64,000 bases of DNA from Candidatus Hodarchaeota archaeon (GCA_016840035.1 JAEOTC010000038.1:32001-96000); one strand, 5' to 3'. Shown: positions 49,935 through 60,911, counted from the first letter of the stretch. Made by a program: numbers and translations. The notes: generated from the letters alone by a model not told the origin.

Positions 49935-52025
49935 GTGTCTTACTTGGAAGATTTAACTGATAAGAAATTTGTTGTGTGTCCCGCGTGGCCTTACGTGAAT
50001 GCTGTTCCTCATCTCGGAACAGTGTTACATTTACTTAGTGCGGATATATATGTTCGTTACTTAAGGCTTCGTGGAGCAAATGTAATCTCAGCTACTGGTT
50101 CAGACTGTCATGGAACACCAATAGAGGTGGCTGCGCTAGCCACTGGAATATCACCTGAAAAATTGGTAGAACAACATCATGCTCAAATTTTAGACTTACT
50201 GCGGAAATGGAATATTGATCTAAATTATTCAAAAACAGAGAGCTCGCACCATTATTCTTGGGTACAGGATTTCTATCATCGATGTTTCGAAAATGGATTT
50301 ATTTTCAGTAAAGAAATTGAACAATTGTACTGTGAGACAGACAAGCGTTTCCTACCCGACAGATTCGTTGAAGGAACCTGTCCTCACTGTGAAACCCCAG
50401 GAGCTCGTGGAGATCAATGTGATTCCCCTTCTTGTGGAAAACCATTAAGTCCTGTTGAGTTAATAAATCCTGTGTGTAAAATTTGTGGAAAACCACCTAT
50501 TACTAAAGTTACAACTCAATGGTATTATGATTTCAGTGCTTTCCAAGAAGAATTGACCGATTTTATTAACAAGAATGAAAATTTCCCTGATAATGCACGT
50601 AAATTCTCAAATCATATCCTTCAGGAAGGATTACAAGCCCGAACTTTAACACGTGATCTCGCATGGGGAATACCTGCTGGGCCCGCAATACCTGGAGCAG
50701 AAGGAAAATCGATCTATGTATGGTTGGAAGCAGTTTTAGGATATGTTTCAGCATCAGCAGAATTAGGATTACGTTTATACAAAGACCCTGATTTTTGGAA
50801 ACAATTTTGGCTTGAACAAGATACTCGGACTATTTTCTTTATTGGAAAAGACAATATTTTCTTTCATACACTTTTATTTCCAGCTCTTTTATTGGGAACT
50901 AAAGATACTTATGGTAAGCCATTTGTTCTTCCATACAATGTTAGTACAACCGAATTTCTTATTTTTGAGGAGGACAAATTTAGTAAATCCAGAGGTATAG
51001 GTGTCTGGATTGATGAAGCTGCCAAGCTCCTTCCTACTGATTATTGGAGGTATTATTTAGCAGCGACACGTCCAGAAATTAAAGATACGTCATTTACTTG
51101 GACTGAATTTGAGCAACGTGTAAACAATGATCTTAATGACGTATTAGGGAACTATATTCATCGTGTCTTTGTACTAATTCACAAGTACTTTGAAGGAAAA
51201 ATCCCAGAATGCCACAGGTTAGATACTACCGATAGAGAATTTGTTTCAGCCATAAATAATGTTCCTGAGGCTGTAGCAGACCATTTTGACAATTTTGAAT
51301 TTAAAAAAGCAGTCGCTGCAATCATTGATTTCGCTCGTGTCGCCAATGGATATCTAAGTACAAAAGAACCCTGGAAATTAATAAAATCTGATCCTACAAC
51401 AGTTGAAACTACATTATACCTTTGTGCTCAATCAGTTGCGACTTTAAGTGTTATTTTATCACCTATTATTCCCGACACTGTGAAAAAAATTTGGGAAATC
51501 CTGAAACAGGATGGAAGTGTCCACGACCAGCAATTAGAGGATGCTGGAAAGCTAAGATTAGATCCAGGATCAGTCATTTTAGAATCAAAACCCCTTTTTG
51601 CTAAGGTTGAAAGCGAAGAATTACAGAAGGAACTCAACGCTATTCATAAAACGGAGTCTAAAAAACCAAAAAAGGTGAAAAAATTGCCAGATAGAGAAAC
51701 AATTCCATTCAAAGATTTTGAGAGACTTGATATCCGAATAGGTACAATCATTAAAGCAGAAAAAGTTCCTAAAGCCAAGAATCTATTGAAACTAAGAGTA
51801 GATCTAGGCGAAGACATCGGAGAAAGACAGCTAGTCGCTGGACTTGCATCTTTTCGTGACCCTAAAGACTTAATTAACCAAAGAATCACGGTTATAGTTA
51901 ATCTGGAACCTACAACAATCAGAGGGGTCAGATCTGAAGGAATGCTCCTCGCTGCAGTCGAAGGTAAGGAATTAGGATTAATAGTCCCTGATAAAAATAT
52001 CGCTAATGGCACTAGAGTTAGCTAA
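49935..52025 (+). CDS. metG: Methionine--tRNA ligase
   Basis: WPYVNAVPHLG, Zn knuckles, FIGKDNIFFH, KFSKS, C-terminal tRNA-binding OB domain. Confidence 0.97.
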   Translation: MSYLEDLTDKKFVVCPAWPYVNAVPHLGTVLHLLSADIYVRYLRLRGANVISATGSDCHGTPIEVAALATGISPEKLVEQHHAQILDLLRKWNIDLNYSKTESSHHYSWVQDFYHRCFENGFIFSKEIEQLYCETDKRFLPDRFVEGTCPHCETPGARGDQCDSPSCGKPLSPVELINPVCKICGKPPITKVTTQWYYDFSAFQEELTDFINKNENFPDNARKFSNHILQEGLQARTLTRDLAWGIPAGPAIPGAEGKSIYVWLEAVLGYVSASAELGLRLYKDPDFWKQFWLEQDTRTIFFIGKDNIFFHTLLFPALLLGTKDTYGKPFVLPYNVSTTEFLIFEEDKFSKSRGIGVWIDEAAKLLPTDYWRYYLAATRPEIKDTSFTWTEFEQRVNNDLNDVLGNYIHRVFVLIHKYFEGKIPECHRLDTTDREFVSAINNVPEAVADHFDNFEFKKAVAAIIDFARVANGYLSTKEPWKLIKSDPTTVETTLYLCAQSVATLSVILSPIIPDTVKKIWEILKQDGSVHDQQLEDAGKLRLDPGSVILESKPLFAKVESEELQKELNAIHKTESKKPKKVKKLPDRETIPFKDFERLDIRIGTIIKAEKVPKAKNLLKLRVDLGEDIGERQLVAGLASFRDPKDLINQRITVIVNLEPTTIRGVRSEGMLLAAVEGKELGLIVPDKNIANGTRVS

Positions 52026-52070
52026 AGTTTAATAAAACCCAGTTCCCATTCAGAGTTTAGGGATGAGTTT

Positions 52071-53204
52071 ATGCCTGAATGGGATTTAATTCTTTACACA
52101 GACGAAAAACAGAAAAATGTTCTGAATAAACTAAAACTTTCTGATAAAACTTTGTCCGCTGCGGGCCAACACGGAAAAGCCACTATTCTCGTGGATCATC
52201 AGGGGAAAGAATGGCTTTTGAAGATTTTCTCTAATATTCTAGATTTAGAGGTAAAAAAAGTATCCGACTTGGATATCGATATTCAAGATACTCCCGAACG
52301 GAGTCGTGACCGACTTCATTTATGGCGAGTATTAAATGAGATTACAGCATCACGACTTGGAAGACGTTTGTACCTAAATGTTCCCGAAACACGGATAATT
52401 TGTTCAGGTAAGGTTGCCAAATTTAAGTTAAAGTCCTCAACAGTCCTTAAAGAAGAAGATGTGGTAGTTTTAGATGAGGAAGAGGAAGAAGGGGAATCAG
52501 CAGAGGAATTTTATTCTTTTTCTGAGCGAGAAATTGGGTCTTTGAAAACTTCTGATCGGTTTGAAGAAATTCTAGCTCAAAAAAGTCCACGGAAAAATCC
52601 CACAGATATTTTAGCTCTTCTCCAAGAAAAAGTTCCAGATTCTCGGAATATTGATGAATACTTAGATGATCATAAGGCCGATTTAGATGCAGCCTTTGAA
52701 AATATTCAAAGCATAGATGATGCTTTTCTCCTTCTGCCTTTTGATATCTGGTTAAACGATCCTGATCGAAATGCTGGCAATTATTTAGTCCAGCTGAACG
52801 AGAAAAATGAAGCTTCACGAATTTGGGGGATAGATTATGAAATGTGGTCCTTTGGAAGCGATATTTGGATGGAAGAAGATAATGTAACCCAAGGAAGAAG
52901 TTATCTTACCGCAATAATCCATCCAAAAAGTCATATTTTCGATTCACGGGTCAATCAAACATTCTACAGAATAAGAATGCTTTCCGATGAGGAAATAGTT
53001 CAAATGACTAAAGCTCCTCAATTGGCTTGTAAGTTTTTCGAATTCCACATAAATACGGGCGATCTACACCCTGATGAGAGAGATAAATTAAAGCAAGTGG
53101 AGATTAACCTTGAAGATTTTCTGATTGAGTCCCGTCCACGTTCAGATAAATTAAGTGAAATCATCACACGTCAAATAGGTTTACCTAAAGACTTTAAGAC
53201 TTGA
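52071..53204 (+). CDS. Atypical kinase of the HipA / PI3-PI4-kinase-like fold
   Basis: WLLK, NEITAS..LG..L.LNVPE, FDIWLNDPDRNAGNYLV catalytic loop, WGIDYE. Confidence 0.7.
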   Translation: MPEWDLILYTDEKQKNVLNKLKLSDKTLSAAGQHGKATILVDHQGKEWLLKIFSNILDLEVKKVSDLDIDIQDTPERSRDRLHLWRVLNEITASRLGRRLYLNVPETRIICSGKVAKFKLKSSTVLKEEDVVVLDEEEEEGESAEEFYSFSEREIGSLKTSDRFEEILAQKSPRKNPTDILALLQEKVPDSRNIDEYLDDHKADLDAAFENIQSIDDAFLLLPFDIWLNDPDRNAGNYLVQLNEKNEASRIWGIDYEMWSFGSDIWMEEDNVTQGRSYLTAIIHPKSHIFDSRVNQTFYRIRMLSDEEIVQMTKAPQLACKFFEFHINTGDLHPDERDKLKQVEINLEDFLIESRPRSDKLSEIITRQIGLPKDFKT

Positions 53205-53229
53205 AAATAAATTGGTAAATTTCGGGTCT

Positions 53230-54408
53230 TCATAAAACAGCACTCTCAAGCAAGTTCTTTGTCTTTAAGGCCATCATGTATTCTTCATCGGTAGGAATAA
53301 CCACAACTTCTATTTTGGATTCTGAAGATGAAATAATCACTTCTTCCTCTCCATTAGCTCCCTCGTTCTTTGAGATATCAATGGAAACATCTATACTATT
53401 CAGTCCCTTCACTATCAGTCTTCGAAAGTAAGAAGATCTCTCACCTATCCCACCTGTGAACACAATCGCGTCTAATCCTCCCAAAGCAATAAGGTACGCT
53501 CCAATATATTTCCGAATTCTGTAGGCAGCCATCTGAACAGCTAATTCTGCAGAGTGACTCCCCTTCAGAGCACTTTCCTGGATATCCCGCATATCTCTAA
53601 AATTCCCTGTAATTCCCAATAAGCCACTCCTTGAATTTAATTCTTGATCGATTTGATCAATGGTCAAATTTCCAGAACGCATCATAGCTAGTATTAAACC
53701 TGGGTCTATATCCCCCGATCGCGTGCCCATTATTAGGCCCTCTAAAGGAGTTAACCCCATACTTGTATCAATTGATTTTCCATCATATACAGCTGTTACT
53801 GAAGCTCCATTCCCAAGATGTAAGACGATTAGCTTTTTAGATTTCTTTAAACTAAGTAAACTTCTCGTTCTATTAGTCACATATTCAATAGATGTTCCAT
53901 GAAACCCATATCTCCGGAAAGAATTTTCCTCATACCACTTTCCTGAAATCGCATATCTGTATGCATATTCTGGAATCGTAGCATGAAAAGAAGTATCAAA
54001 AACTGCAATATGAGGAATAGCTGTTAATTTTTTTTTACTAGCTCGGATTCCAATTAGATTAGCGGGATTATGAAGTGGGGCAAGCTTTGATAGTTTTTCT
54101 ATCTGAGATTCAACCTCAGTATCAATGATCAATTCTCTTCGGAACTGTTCTCCCCCATGTACTACACGGTGAGCTACAGCTTTAATCGTATTAATGTCGA
54201 AGAATGTTAAGACATAATCTACAGCCTCTTCATGAGTAGCACAACTTATTACCTTGGTAACTTCCTCCTCCTTGCTTTTATGATATATCTTTGGTTCAGG
54301 GAGGCCTATTCGTTCCACTAATCCTTTAGCTATTAGCTGTTCTTTCTCCATGTTATAGATCGAATATTTTAGAGAGGAAGATCCTGAATTTATCGTTAAA
54401 ATTGTCAA
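53230..54408 (-). CDS. ackA: Acetate kinase
   Basis: INSGSSSLKY, HRVVHGG, APLHN, RRYGFHGTS, GTRSGDIDP, FTGGIGE. Confidence 0.96.
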   Translation of the reverse strand: MTILTINSGSSSLKYSIYNMEKEQLIAKGLVERIGLPEPKIYHKSKEEEVTKVISCATHEEAVDYVLTFFDINTIKAVAHRVVHGGEQFRRELIIDTEVESQIEKLSKLAPLHNPANLIGIRASKKKLTAIPHIAVFDTSFHATIPEYAYRYAISGKWYEENSFRRYGFHGTSIEYVTNRTRSLLSLKKSKKLIVLHLGNGASVTAVYDGKSIDTSMGLTPLEGLIMGTRSGDIDPGLILAMMRSGNLTIDQIDQELNSRSGLLGITGNFRDMRDIQESALKGSHSAELAVQMAAYRIRKYIGAYLIALGGLDAIVFTGGIGERSSYFRRLIVKGLNSIDVSIDISKNEGANGEEEVIISSSESKIEVVVIPTDEEYMMALKTKNLLESAVL

Positions 54409-54418
54409 AAAGACCCCT

Positions 54419-55867
54419 CTAGTAGGTACCTTTAGGTGTATCAGTCCCTTTTACAATAGCAATGGATGCTGATGCACCAATCCTAGTTGCTCCAGCGTTT
54501 ATCATCTGCTCTGCAATCTCGTGAGTTCTTATCCCTCCAGCTGCTTTTACACCCATTTCTGGACCTACTGTTTTTCTCATCAGAGCAATATCCTCAACTA
54601 ATGCTCCTGCAGTACTGAAACCTGTAGAAGTTTTAACAAAATCTGCTCCACTTAATTTTGTTAACAGACTACCTTTAACTATTTGTTCCTTGGTTAGTAG
54701 AGCAGTTTCAAGAATGACCTTTACTATGGCTTTCCCTGCAGCGGCATTTACTACCGCTTGGATATCCTCCCTAACTAAGTCATCGTTACCTGATTTCAAC
54801 GCTCCCACGTTAATAACCATGTCTACTTCATCTGCTCCATTTGCTACAGCATCTCGAGTTTCAATTGCCTTTACGGTGGGGGTAGTTGCTCCTAATGGAA
54901 ATCCAATTACAGTACATACTTTCACTGAGCTACTTTTCAAATATTTGGCTGCTTTTGCTACATTTGTAGGATTAATACATACTGATGCGAATTTATACGT
55001 TGCAGCTTCTTCACATAGTTGTTTAATCTCTTCTTCAGTTGCATCTGCACGGAGATTAGTATGGTCGATATACTGAGCAAGCTCCATATCATACCCATTT
55101 ATCCCTGTCTCAGAGGTAATTCTTGTTGCTCCTCCATTAACTAATGCTTTAACAGCAGCTTGAGACTTTCCATCTAATCCAATCTCTTTCCCTGAAGTCC
55201 CAATTGTGTATGATCGATCAGAGGTGGTTGGGATATAGGGAGAGGGTTCTTGATCAGTTATCTGATGAACATCAACAATTTTGATTCCCATAGTCCTTAA
55301 TTGATCAATAATTCCCTCAATACGTCTATTCATTGCAGGTGGGACTTGATCTTTCTCAATCTGACAACAGTAGATGGAATCATATGCTGCAATAACTGGT
55401 TTTCCATACATCAATCCAAATACTAGGGTTATAGTTCCCAAGGAATCTGCGTTCAAGGCCGCTACTTTAGCTGCAGTATTTAAGGATAATATAGGCACAT
55501 AAATAACATCTACCCGACTTAAAATATTGTCAAAAAACTGTTCAGAATAATCAGTAATAATTGTGGCTCCTTCAGAGACTTGTCTAATATCAGGTAAACC
55601 AATTATTTTTATTGCTGCACGAGTCATTACGATGTAAGTATTAGTATACGATTTTGAGATTTTTTCTATTTGGTGCATAACTTCATTAATCTCTTTATTC
55701 CCCCCACATAGTAGAATTAAAGCTGAGTTTCCTGAAGCTATTGTATAATTGATTTTCCGATTAGAAGTCTGTAAATTCGAATCGAACTGTTGTTTGGGAG
55801 CGAGATTATCTTGATCAAGCTTCCTCATCACTTCTTCAGTGATTTTCTGTATCATCTCATTACTCAT
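54419..55867 (-). CDS. deoC: Encapsulation peptide, flavoprotein-like domain and deoxyribose-phosphate aldolase fusion
   Basis: C-terminal [41 protein letters not shown]; N-terminal flavoprotein-like [12 protein letters not shown]. Confidence 0.9.
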   Translation of the reverse strand: MSNEMIQKITEEVMRKLDQDNLAPKQQFDSNLQTSNRKINYTIASGNSALILLCGGNKEINEVMHQIEKISKSYTNTYIVMTRAAIKIIGLPDIRQVSEGATIITDYSEQFFDNILSRVDVIYVPILSLNTAAKVAALNADSLGTITLVFGLMYGKPVIAAYDSIYCCQIEKDQVPPAMNRRIEGIIDQLRTMGIKIVDVHQITDQEPSPYIPTTSDRSYTIGTSGKEIGLDGKSQAAVKALVNGGATRITSETGINGYDMELAQYIDHTNLRADATEEEIKQLCEEAATYKFASVCINPTNVAKAAKYLKSSSVKVCTVIGFPLGATTPTVKAIETRDAVANGADEVDMVINVGALKSGNDDLVREDIQAVVNAAAGKAIVKVILETALLTKEQIVKGSLLTKLSGADFVKTSTGFSTAGALVEDIALMRKTVGPEMGVKAAGGIRTHEIAEQMINAGATRIGASASIAIVKGTDTPKGTY

Positions 55868-55887
55868 TTTCTTTACCCAAAATTATT

Positions 55888-56178
55888 TTAACTTAATTCA
55901 GTTTGTTTTCCATCCACTTCAATATAATCAATAACACCTACTATTAATGCATCCACAGCGGCTTTGTCATTATGCATTATACCTCGTATAGAGTTACCTT
56001 CTCGGATAACAAGGACACAATCCCCGATTCCAGATTTGGCTACATCTAGAGCGATGATAGAAGGCTCAGTGAAATTTCCTTTCAGATCTATCGGACGTAC
56101 CACAAGTATTTTTCCGTTTTCATGACTCTCAGTTTTAATTGGAGCAACTACATTGCCGATTACTTTAGCAAGAATCAT
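55888..56178 (-). CDS. BMC pentameric vertex protein (EutN/CcmL)
   Basis: MILAKVIGNVVAPIK...ALD...GIGDCVL...VDALIVGVID. Confidence 0.93.
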   Translation of the reverse strand: MILAKVIGNVVAPIKTESHENGKILVVRPIDLKGNFTEPSIIALDVAKSGIGDCVLVIREGNSIRGIMHNDKAAVDALIVGVIDYIEVDGKQTELS

Positions 56179-56717
56179 TCTGTTTCACTTTCTACAATTT
56201 TTGGTTTAATTTCACGAATCTTTTTTGGTTTCTTCTTTCGAGTGGCCCTTTTTCTTGGTTTTGGTTTAACTACGGGCTTAATTTCTTCAACTACTTCGGG
56301 TTCCTCTACTTTCGTTTTCGGGATCGGTTCAAGTATCTCCTCTTTGGGAATTTCCCCGATTTCTTCATCTAGACTTATATCAACTTGTTTTAATGTTGCT
56401 GGAGGGGCCTTCTTCTTCTTTCTCTTCTGAGGTTTGCGTTTTGCACTTTTTGTAACATAATATTCCTCAATATATCCAACTATACACTCATCAATCGGAA
56501 CGAGTTCCTTTGGAAAGACAATAGCTGCCTCCTTTTTACTTACTACATACACAATATCTCCAGGTCCTGCAGTTTCAATGCCATCAGCGGCAACATATGG
56601 ACTTCCCAAGGGTTGAAGATTATCATCTAGACCTTGAACTACTAGAAGTCGGAGAGAATTTAATCCTGGATCTTTTGTTGAGGCAACAACATTCCCTATT
56701 ACTTTTCCAAGTTTCAT
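56175..56717 (-). CDS. BMC pentameric vertex protein (EutN/CcmL) with long Lys/Arg-rich tail
   Basis: MKLGKVIGNVVASTK...AAD...AGPGD...PIDECIVG then about 90 low-complexity residues. Confidence 0.92.
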   Translation of the reverse strand: MKLGKVIGNVVASTKDPGLNSLRLLVVQGLDDNLQPLGSPYVAADGIETAGPGDIVYVVSKKEAAIVFPKELVPIDECIVGYIEEYYVTKSAKRKPQKRKKKKAPPATLKQVDISLDEEIGEIPKEEILEPIPKTKVEEPEVVEEIKPVVKPKPRKRATRKKKPKKIREIKPKIVESETE

Positions 56718-56721
56718 GTAA

Positions 56722-57180
56722 TCACGCTGATTTTAAATATTTCAATTCAATCTCGGAAATCTTATTTACTCTGGTCTCGTGTCTTCCACCACCGAAAGGA
56801 GTAGATAACCAAATCTTAACAATATTTTGCGCAATTCCTGGACCAATTACTCTCGCACCTAAAGTCAGGATGTTAGAATTATTGTGTTCACGAGCGGAAT
56901 TCGCAGTAAATTCATCCGTGCAAGGAGTTGCTCGAATTCCTTTAATTTTATTTGCTACAATTGCGCTAGCTACGCCTGTACCATCGATGAGAATCCCAAC
57001 GGATTCAACTGAGACTGCAACTGTTTGTGCTACTAATAATGCAATATCAGGATAATCCACAGGATCTGTAGAATAACAACCATAGTCCGCAACTTCGTAT
57101 CCTATTCCTTTCAGGAATTTTATCAGATCATTTTTGAGATGGAAACCACCATGATCCGATCCAATTATTATTTTCTTCAT
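56722..57180 (-). CDS. rpiB: Ribose-5-phosphate isomerase B family protein
   Basis: IGSDHGG, VDYPD, IDGTGV, ANKIKGIRA, REHNNSN, GARVIG, FGGGRH. Confidence 0.93.
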   Translation of the reverse strand: MKKIIIGSDHGGFHLKNDLIKFLKGIGYEVADYGCYSTDPVDYPDIALLVAQTVAVSVESVGILIDGTGVASAIVANKIKGIRATPCTDEFTANSAREHNNSNILTLGARVIGPGIAQNIVKIWLSTPFGGGRHETRVNKISEIELKYLKSA

Positions 57181-57205
57181 TTGACTTCAACTTGTAATAT
57201 AAAAC

Positions 57206-57757
57206 TCAAAGCAGAGTTTTTACTAGATCTGGATGAGGAGCAGGAATTACAGCAGTGGATAATACTAATCCTTCTCCTTTTACACGATTAACCCCAGCAT
57301 CTACAGCTGCTCGCACGGCACCCACTTCTCCTGTTAAAACAACAAACGCCTTTCCACCTATTGCGCGACTCATCCGAATTTCGATTAACTGTACCTGCGC
57401 ACTTTTAACAGCTTCGTCACCAACCATGATCGCTGTAGGAGCAGAATAAGTTTCTACTACTCCTATCGCGCCTACTTTTTCAACTCCAGATGTACCCGCA
57501 ATTGCTGGAAAAACCTCAGGATGTATATTGGGAATTACTGTGTAATTTACTAAGGTTTCACCTGCTATTTCACTTCCAGCGATTAGAGAGCTTTGAACAG
57601 CTGCAACTGCTCCTTGAATAATGATTAAATATTTTCCAGGACATACTGGTGAGGCGAATAATAGCTCGACTTCTGCTGTTTTCGCTATTGTATCGGCACT
57701 CAGTATACCTCGAGCAATTACATTTGTTTCTAGAACTCCTATAGCACGCATTTTCAT
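57206..57757 (-). CDS. BMC-T tandem-domain shell protein (PduT-like)
   Basis: Two BMC domains, VCPGKY, IGGKAF, VIPAPH. Confidence 0.92.
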   Translation of the reverse strand: MKMRAIGVLETNVIARGILSADTIAKTAEVELLFASPVCPGKYLIIIQGAVAAVQSSLIAGSEIAGETLVNYTVIPNIHPEVFPAIAGTSGVEKVGAIGVVETYSAPTAIMVGDEAVKSAQVQLIEIRMSRAIGGKAFVVLTGEVGAVRAAVDAGVNRVKGEGLVLSTAVIPAPHPDLVKTLL

Positions 57758-57827
57758 TTTCCTCTAAGATTGTAAACAAAGATGAAAGTAGTGAGCATTA
57801 GCTGCTCTCTTGCAGCTAATTGTTTAT

Positions 57828-58106
57828 TCAACCTTTCTTTGGGAGAATACTCTCAACTTCATCATGGGGTCGAGGAATTACATGAGCTGAGGTTAGTTCA
57901 CCAACTTTTCGTGCAGCGACTGCACCAGCTTCAACAGAAGCTTTCACAGCACCAACGTCACCTCTAACCATTACAGTAACAAAACCACCGCCAATAACTT
58001 CGCGTCCCATTAAATGAACGTTCGCTGCTTTCACCATAGCGTCAGCTGCTTCAATAGATGCAACTAACCCTTTTGTTTCTATCAATCCAAGTGCTTCTTT
58101 AGCCAT
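57828..58106 (-). CDS. BMC-H hexameric shell protein (PduA/EutM-like)
   Basis: [10 protein letters not shown]...[12 protein letters not shown]...RGDVGAVKA...HVIPRPH. Confidence 0.97.
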   Translation of the reverse strand: MAKEALGLIETKGLVASIEAADAMVKAANVHLMGREVIGGGFVTVMVRGDVGAVKASVEAGAVAARKVGELTSAHVIPRPHDEVESILPKKG

Positions 58107-58130
58107 TTTTTTCACCAATTTTTTTGTCTT

Positions 58131-59456
58131 TTATTTTGTCTTTTCAATGACAATTTCTTGTCCAATTTTGCGAATAATTCCGCTAATACTAGCATGAATT
58201 ACTGCACCTAGTGACCCATCTGGAATCTTTCCTATGAGTGCACCTTTTTCAACCGAATCTCCTACTTTTACCGTTGGAATTGCAGGATCTCCGATATGTT
58301 GTTTGAGAGGGATGGAAACTTTTCGAATCTGTAATTTTCGTTTTCGTATTGGACATTCATGATTATAATTCAATAGATCCAATCGTGAAATTAATCTTTT
58401 TACAGGTAATTTTCGATATTCCCTCTCAGGATGAATCGATAATACTTTTCGATTATGAGTATTCTTTAAACCCTCTACCCTCAACTGTCCCTTTACTTCT
58501 GTCATCATTTTACATGGATCCAACCCCATAGGACATCCATAATATGTACAAGCTCCACATTCCACACAAAGGAATGTTCCCGTCATATAATCGGGTCTTT
58601 CTGGAGCACCCCATGCTATTCCTCGCATAACTTTGTCAGGATGTAATTCATGGCCCAATAAGAATCTAGGACAGACATCTGTACATAATTGACATCTTAT
58701 GCATGCTGCTTTGGTAACAATTACTTTGGATGAGATCCGTTCAGTTTTCATTCTGATTACAAAATGATTCTCTGGCAAAACAATTATTCCAGAAGTTAAT
58801 TTGGTAATAGGTTTTTTAGGGGCAATTACTGTACCCATCATGGGTCCATTTATCAATACTTGATAATCATCGATTGTAGCTCCCCCTGCAGCTTTTATTG
58901 CATCCTTTATTGAGGTACCAATTGGAAATTCCATCGTAGAGGGGTTTTTAACAGCGCCTGTTATGGTTACATAACGAGATACTATGGGATTTCCTTCAGC
59001 GGCCTCAGCTAGATTGATCAATGTATAGACATTATTTACTACGACTCCAATGTCAAGAGGGAGTCCACTTTCCGGAATTATTTTACCTAAAGCTTCATAA
59101 ACAAGAACATGTTCATCTCCAGCAGGATAAACATCATCGAGAAGGAATATCTCGATTCTGGAATCAGCTTTGACCACTTGTTTAAGCTTCTTAATTGCAG
59201 TTTTATACTTCCTTTTTACAGCGATTATTCCTCGCTTCGCCCCAGTGGCTTTCATTCCTAGCTGTAATCCAGTTATTAATTTTCCTGGACAGGTTGTCAT
59301 TAATTGCTGATCCACTCTTAATAATGGTTCACATTCAGCTGCATTAACTATAAACGTATCTACTTTCGCAGAAAGCTTCACATGTGTAGGAAAACCAGCT
59401 CCACCAGCTCCAACTATTCCAGAATTTCGTGCCATGTCTGCTATTTCGGAGCTCAC
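58131..59456 (-). CDS. PduS/RnfC-like flavin and Fe-S reductase
   Basis: GIVGAGGAGFPTHVK, NAAECEP, YPAGDE, GPMMG, two Fe-S motifs, LKQHIG, HASISG. Confidence 0.9.
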   Translation of the reverse strand: MSSEIADMARNSGIVGAGGAGFPTHVKLSAKVDTFIVNAAECEPLLRVDQQLMTTCPGKLITGLQLGMKATGAKRGIIAVKRKYKTAIKKLKQVVKADSRIEIFLLDDVYPAGDEHVLVYEALGKIIPESGLPLDIGVVVNNVYTLINLAEAAEGNPIVSRYVTITGAVKNPSTMEFPIGTSIKDAIKAAGGATIDDYQVLINGPMMGTVIAPKKPITKLTSGIIVLPENHFVIRMKTERISSKVIVTKAACIRCQLCTDVCPRFLLGHELHPDKVMRGIAWGAPERPDYMTGTFLCVECGACTYYGCPMGLDPCKMMTEVKGQLRVEGLKNTHNRKVLSIHPEREYRKLPVKRLISRLDLLNYNHECPIRKRKLQIRKVSIPLKQHIGDPAIPTVKVGDSVEKGALIGKIPDGSLGAVIHASISGIIRKIGQEIVIEKTK

Positions 59457-59483
59457 TTATATTTGCCTCGTTTTCTTTTGATT

Positions 59484-60911
59484 TCAAATGATTCTAAAAG
59501 CATCCACTAGAGTACAACGTCTTTGACGTGTAAAAGTTCTTGCTGAGGTAAGTCCTTCTCCCGTTGGTCCTGCAATTGTCATAGTAGTATAGCCTTCCCC
59601 TCCGAATCCAATCCCAGCAAAGGAGGGGGCATTTTTGACAAAAATTGTAGTTTCGATATCTTTTGCCACAAGACTCATATTTCCAACTGAATCGCTCCAC
59701 ATCATTGCTGTGTGTTTGAATCCATGTTCAGCCTTCTTTGCTTTTTGCAAAGCTTCTTCTATTGATTTCACTCTAACTATTGGTAAGACTGGCATCAACA
59801 TTTCAGATATTACGAAGGGATGTTCATCATCAGGCACCTCTGCAATTATCAACCGGATATTGTCACTAACCTGCACTCCGATTCCCTCAAGAAGTATTTT
59901 GGCATCTTTTCCGATGAAGTCCCTGTTTACTATGGGAAATCTCCCTTTCTTTCCTTTGAAAACGAGATTAGTCAGTTGGACTATCTGATCTCCAACAATT
60001 TCATATGCACCATAATTCTTCATTTCTGCTTTTAATCGATCAGTGATGACATCAAATGCGAATACTTCTTTTTCTACAATACATACAATATTATTATCAA
60101 AACTTGCGCCTTCTACTATTCCTCGGGCTGCTTTTTGAATATTTGCAGTATCATCAACTATTACAGGAGGATTTCCTGGTCCTGCACATATCGCTTTTTT
60201 TCCAGATTGCATTGCAGCTTTTACTACTGCACTTCCTCCTGTTACAACTAGACACCGAATCTTTTTGTGTGTCATTAAAGTCTGGGCTGACTCAATCGTA
60301 GGGGATATGGTTGATGTAAGAACATTTTCTGGTCCCCCCGCTTCGAGAATTGCCCTATTCAATAATCTCACAGCTTCATTACTTGCTCTTTTAGCTGATG
60401 GATGAGGATTAAATACTACGCTATTTCCTGCCGTAACCATTGATATTCCATTGTTAATTATCGTTGCTGTTGGGTTTGTTGAAGGAGTAATTGACCCAAT
60501 TACGCCATAAGGAGCCATTTCAACAAGTGTTAATCCTTTATCACCCGTCCATGTATTTGGTACCAGATCTTCTAAGCCTGGAGTTTTTCGAGCACAGAGC
60601 AAATTCTTTGCTACTTTATCCTCTAATCTCCCTAGACCAGTTTCTTGGATTGCTAATTCAGCTAGATATCGTGCATGTTTAATAGCGGAGTCACGCATCG
60701 ATTGTATGATTTCTTTTCTTCTCTCCAAAGATAAATCCATTAGTGCTACTTGACTCTTTTCCGCAGCCTCTATTGCCTGTTCAATGTCCTGGAATATTCC
60801 TCCACCTGCACTAGTGGGAATATTCTCCAATCCTGAATAGACTTGATAAGCTCTTATTTTCTGTACAACAGAATTGACGATTTTTGCAATTTGTTGTTCG
60901 TCATATGACAT
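59484..60911 (-). CDS. CoA-acylating aldehyde dehydrogenase (EutE/PduP-like) with N-terminal encapsulation peptide
   Basis: TPSTNP, VTGG, AGPGNPP, SFDNNIVCIVEK, EMLMP, TGEGLTSARTFTRQRRC. Confidence 0.95.
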   Translation of the reverse strand: MSYDEQQIAKIVNSVVQKIRAYQVYSGLENIPTSAGGGIFQDIEQAIEAAEKSQVALMDLSLERRKEIIQSMRDSAIKHARYLAELAIQETGLGRLEDKVAKNLLCARKTPGLEDLVPNTWTGDKGLTLVEMAPYGVIGSITPSTNPTATIINNGISMVTAGNSVVFNPHPSAKRASNEAVRLLNRAILEAGGPENVLTSTISPTIESAQTLMTHKKIRCLVVTGGSAVVKAAMQSGKKAICAGPGNPPVIVDDTANIQKAARGIVEGASFDNNIVCIVEKEVFAFDVITDRLKAEMKNYGAYEIVGDQIVQLTNLVFKGKKGRFPIVNRDFIGKDAKILLEGIGVQVSDNIRLIIAEVPDDEHPFVISEMLMPVLPIVRVKSIEEALQKAKKAEHGFKHTAMMWSDSVGNMSLVAKDIETTIFVKNAPSFAGIGFGGEGYTTMTIAGPTGEGLTSARTFTRQRRCTLVDAFRII

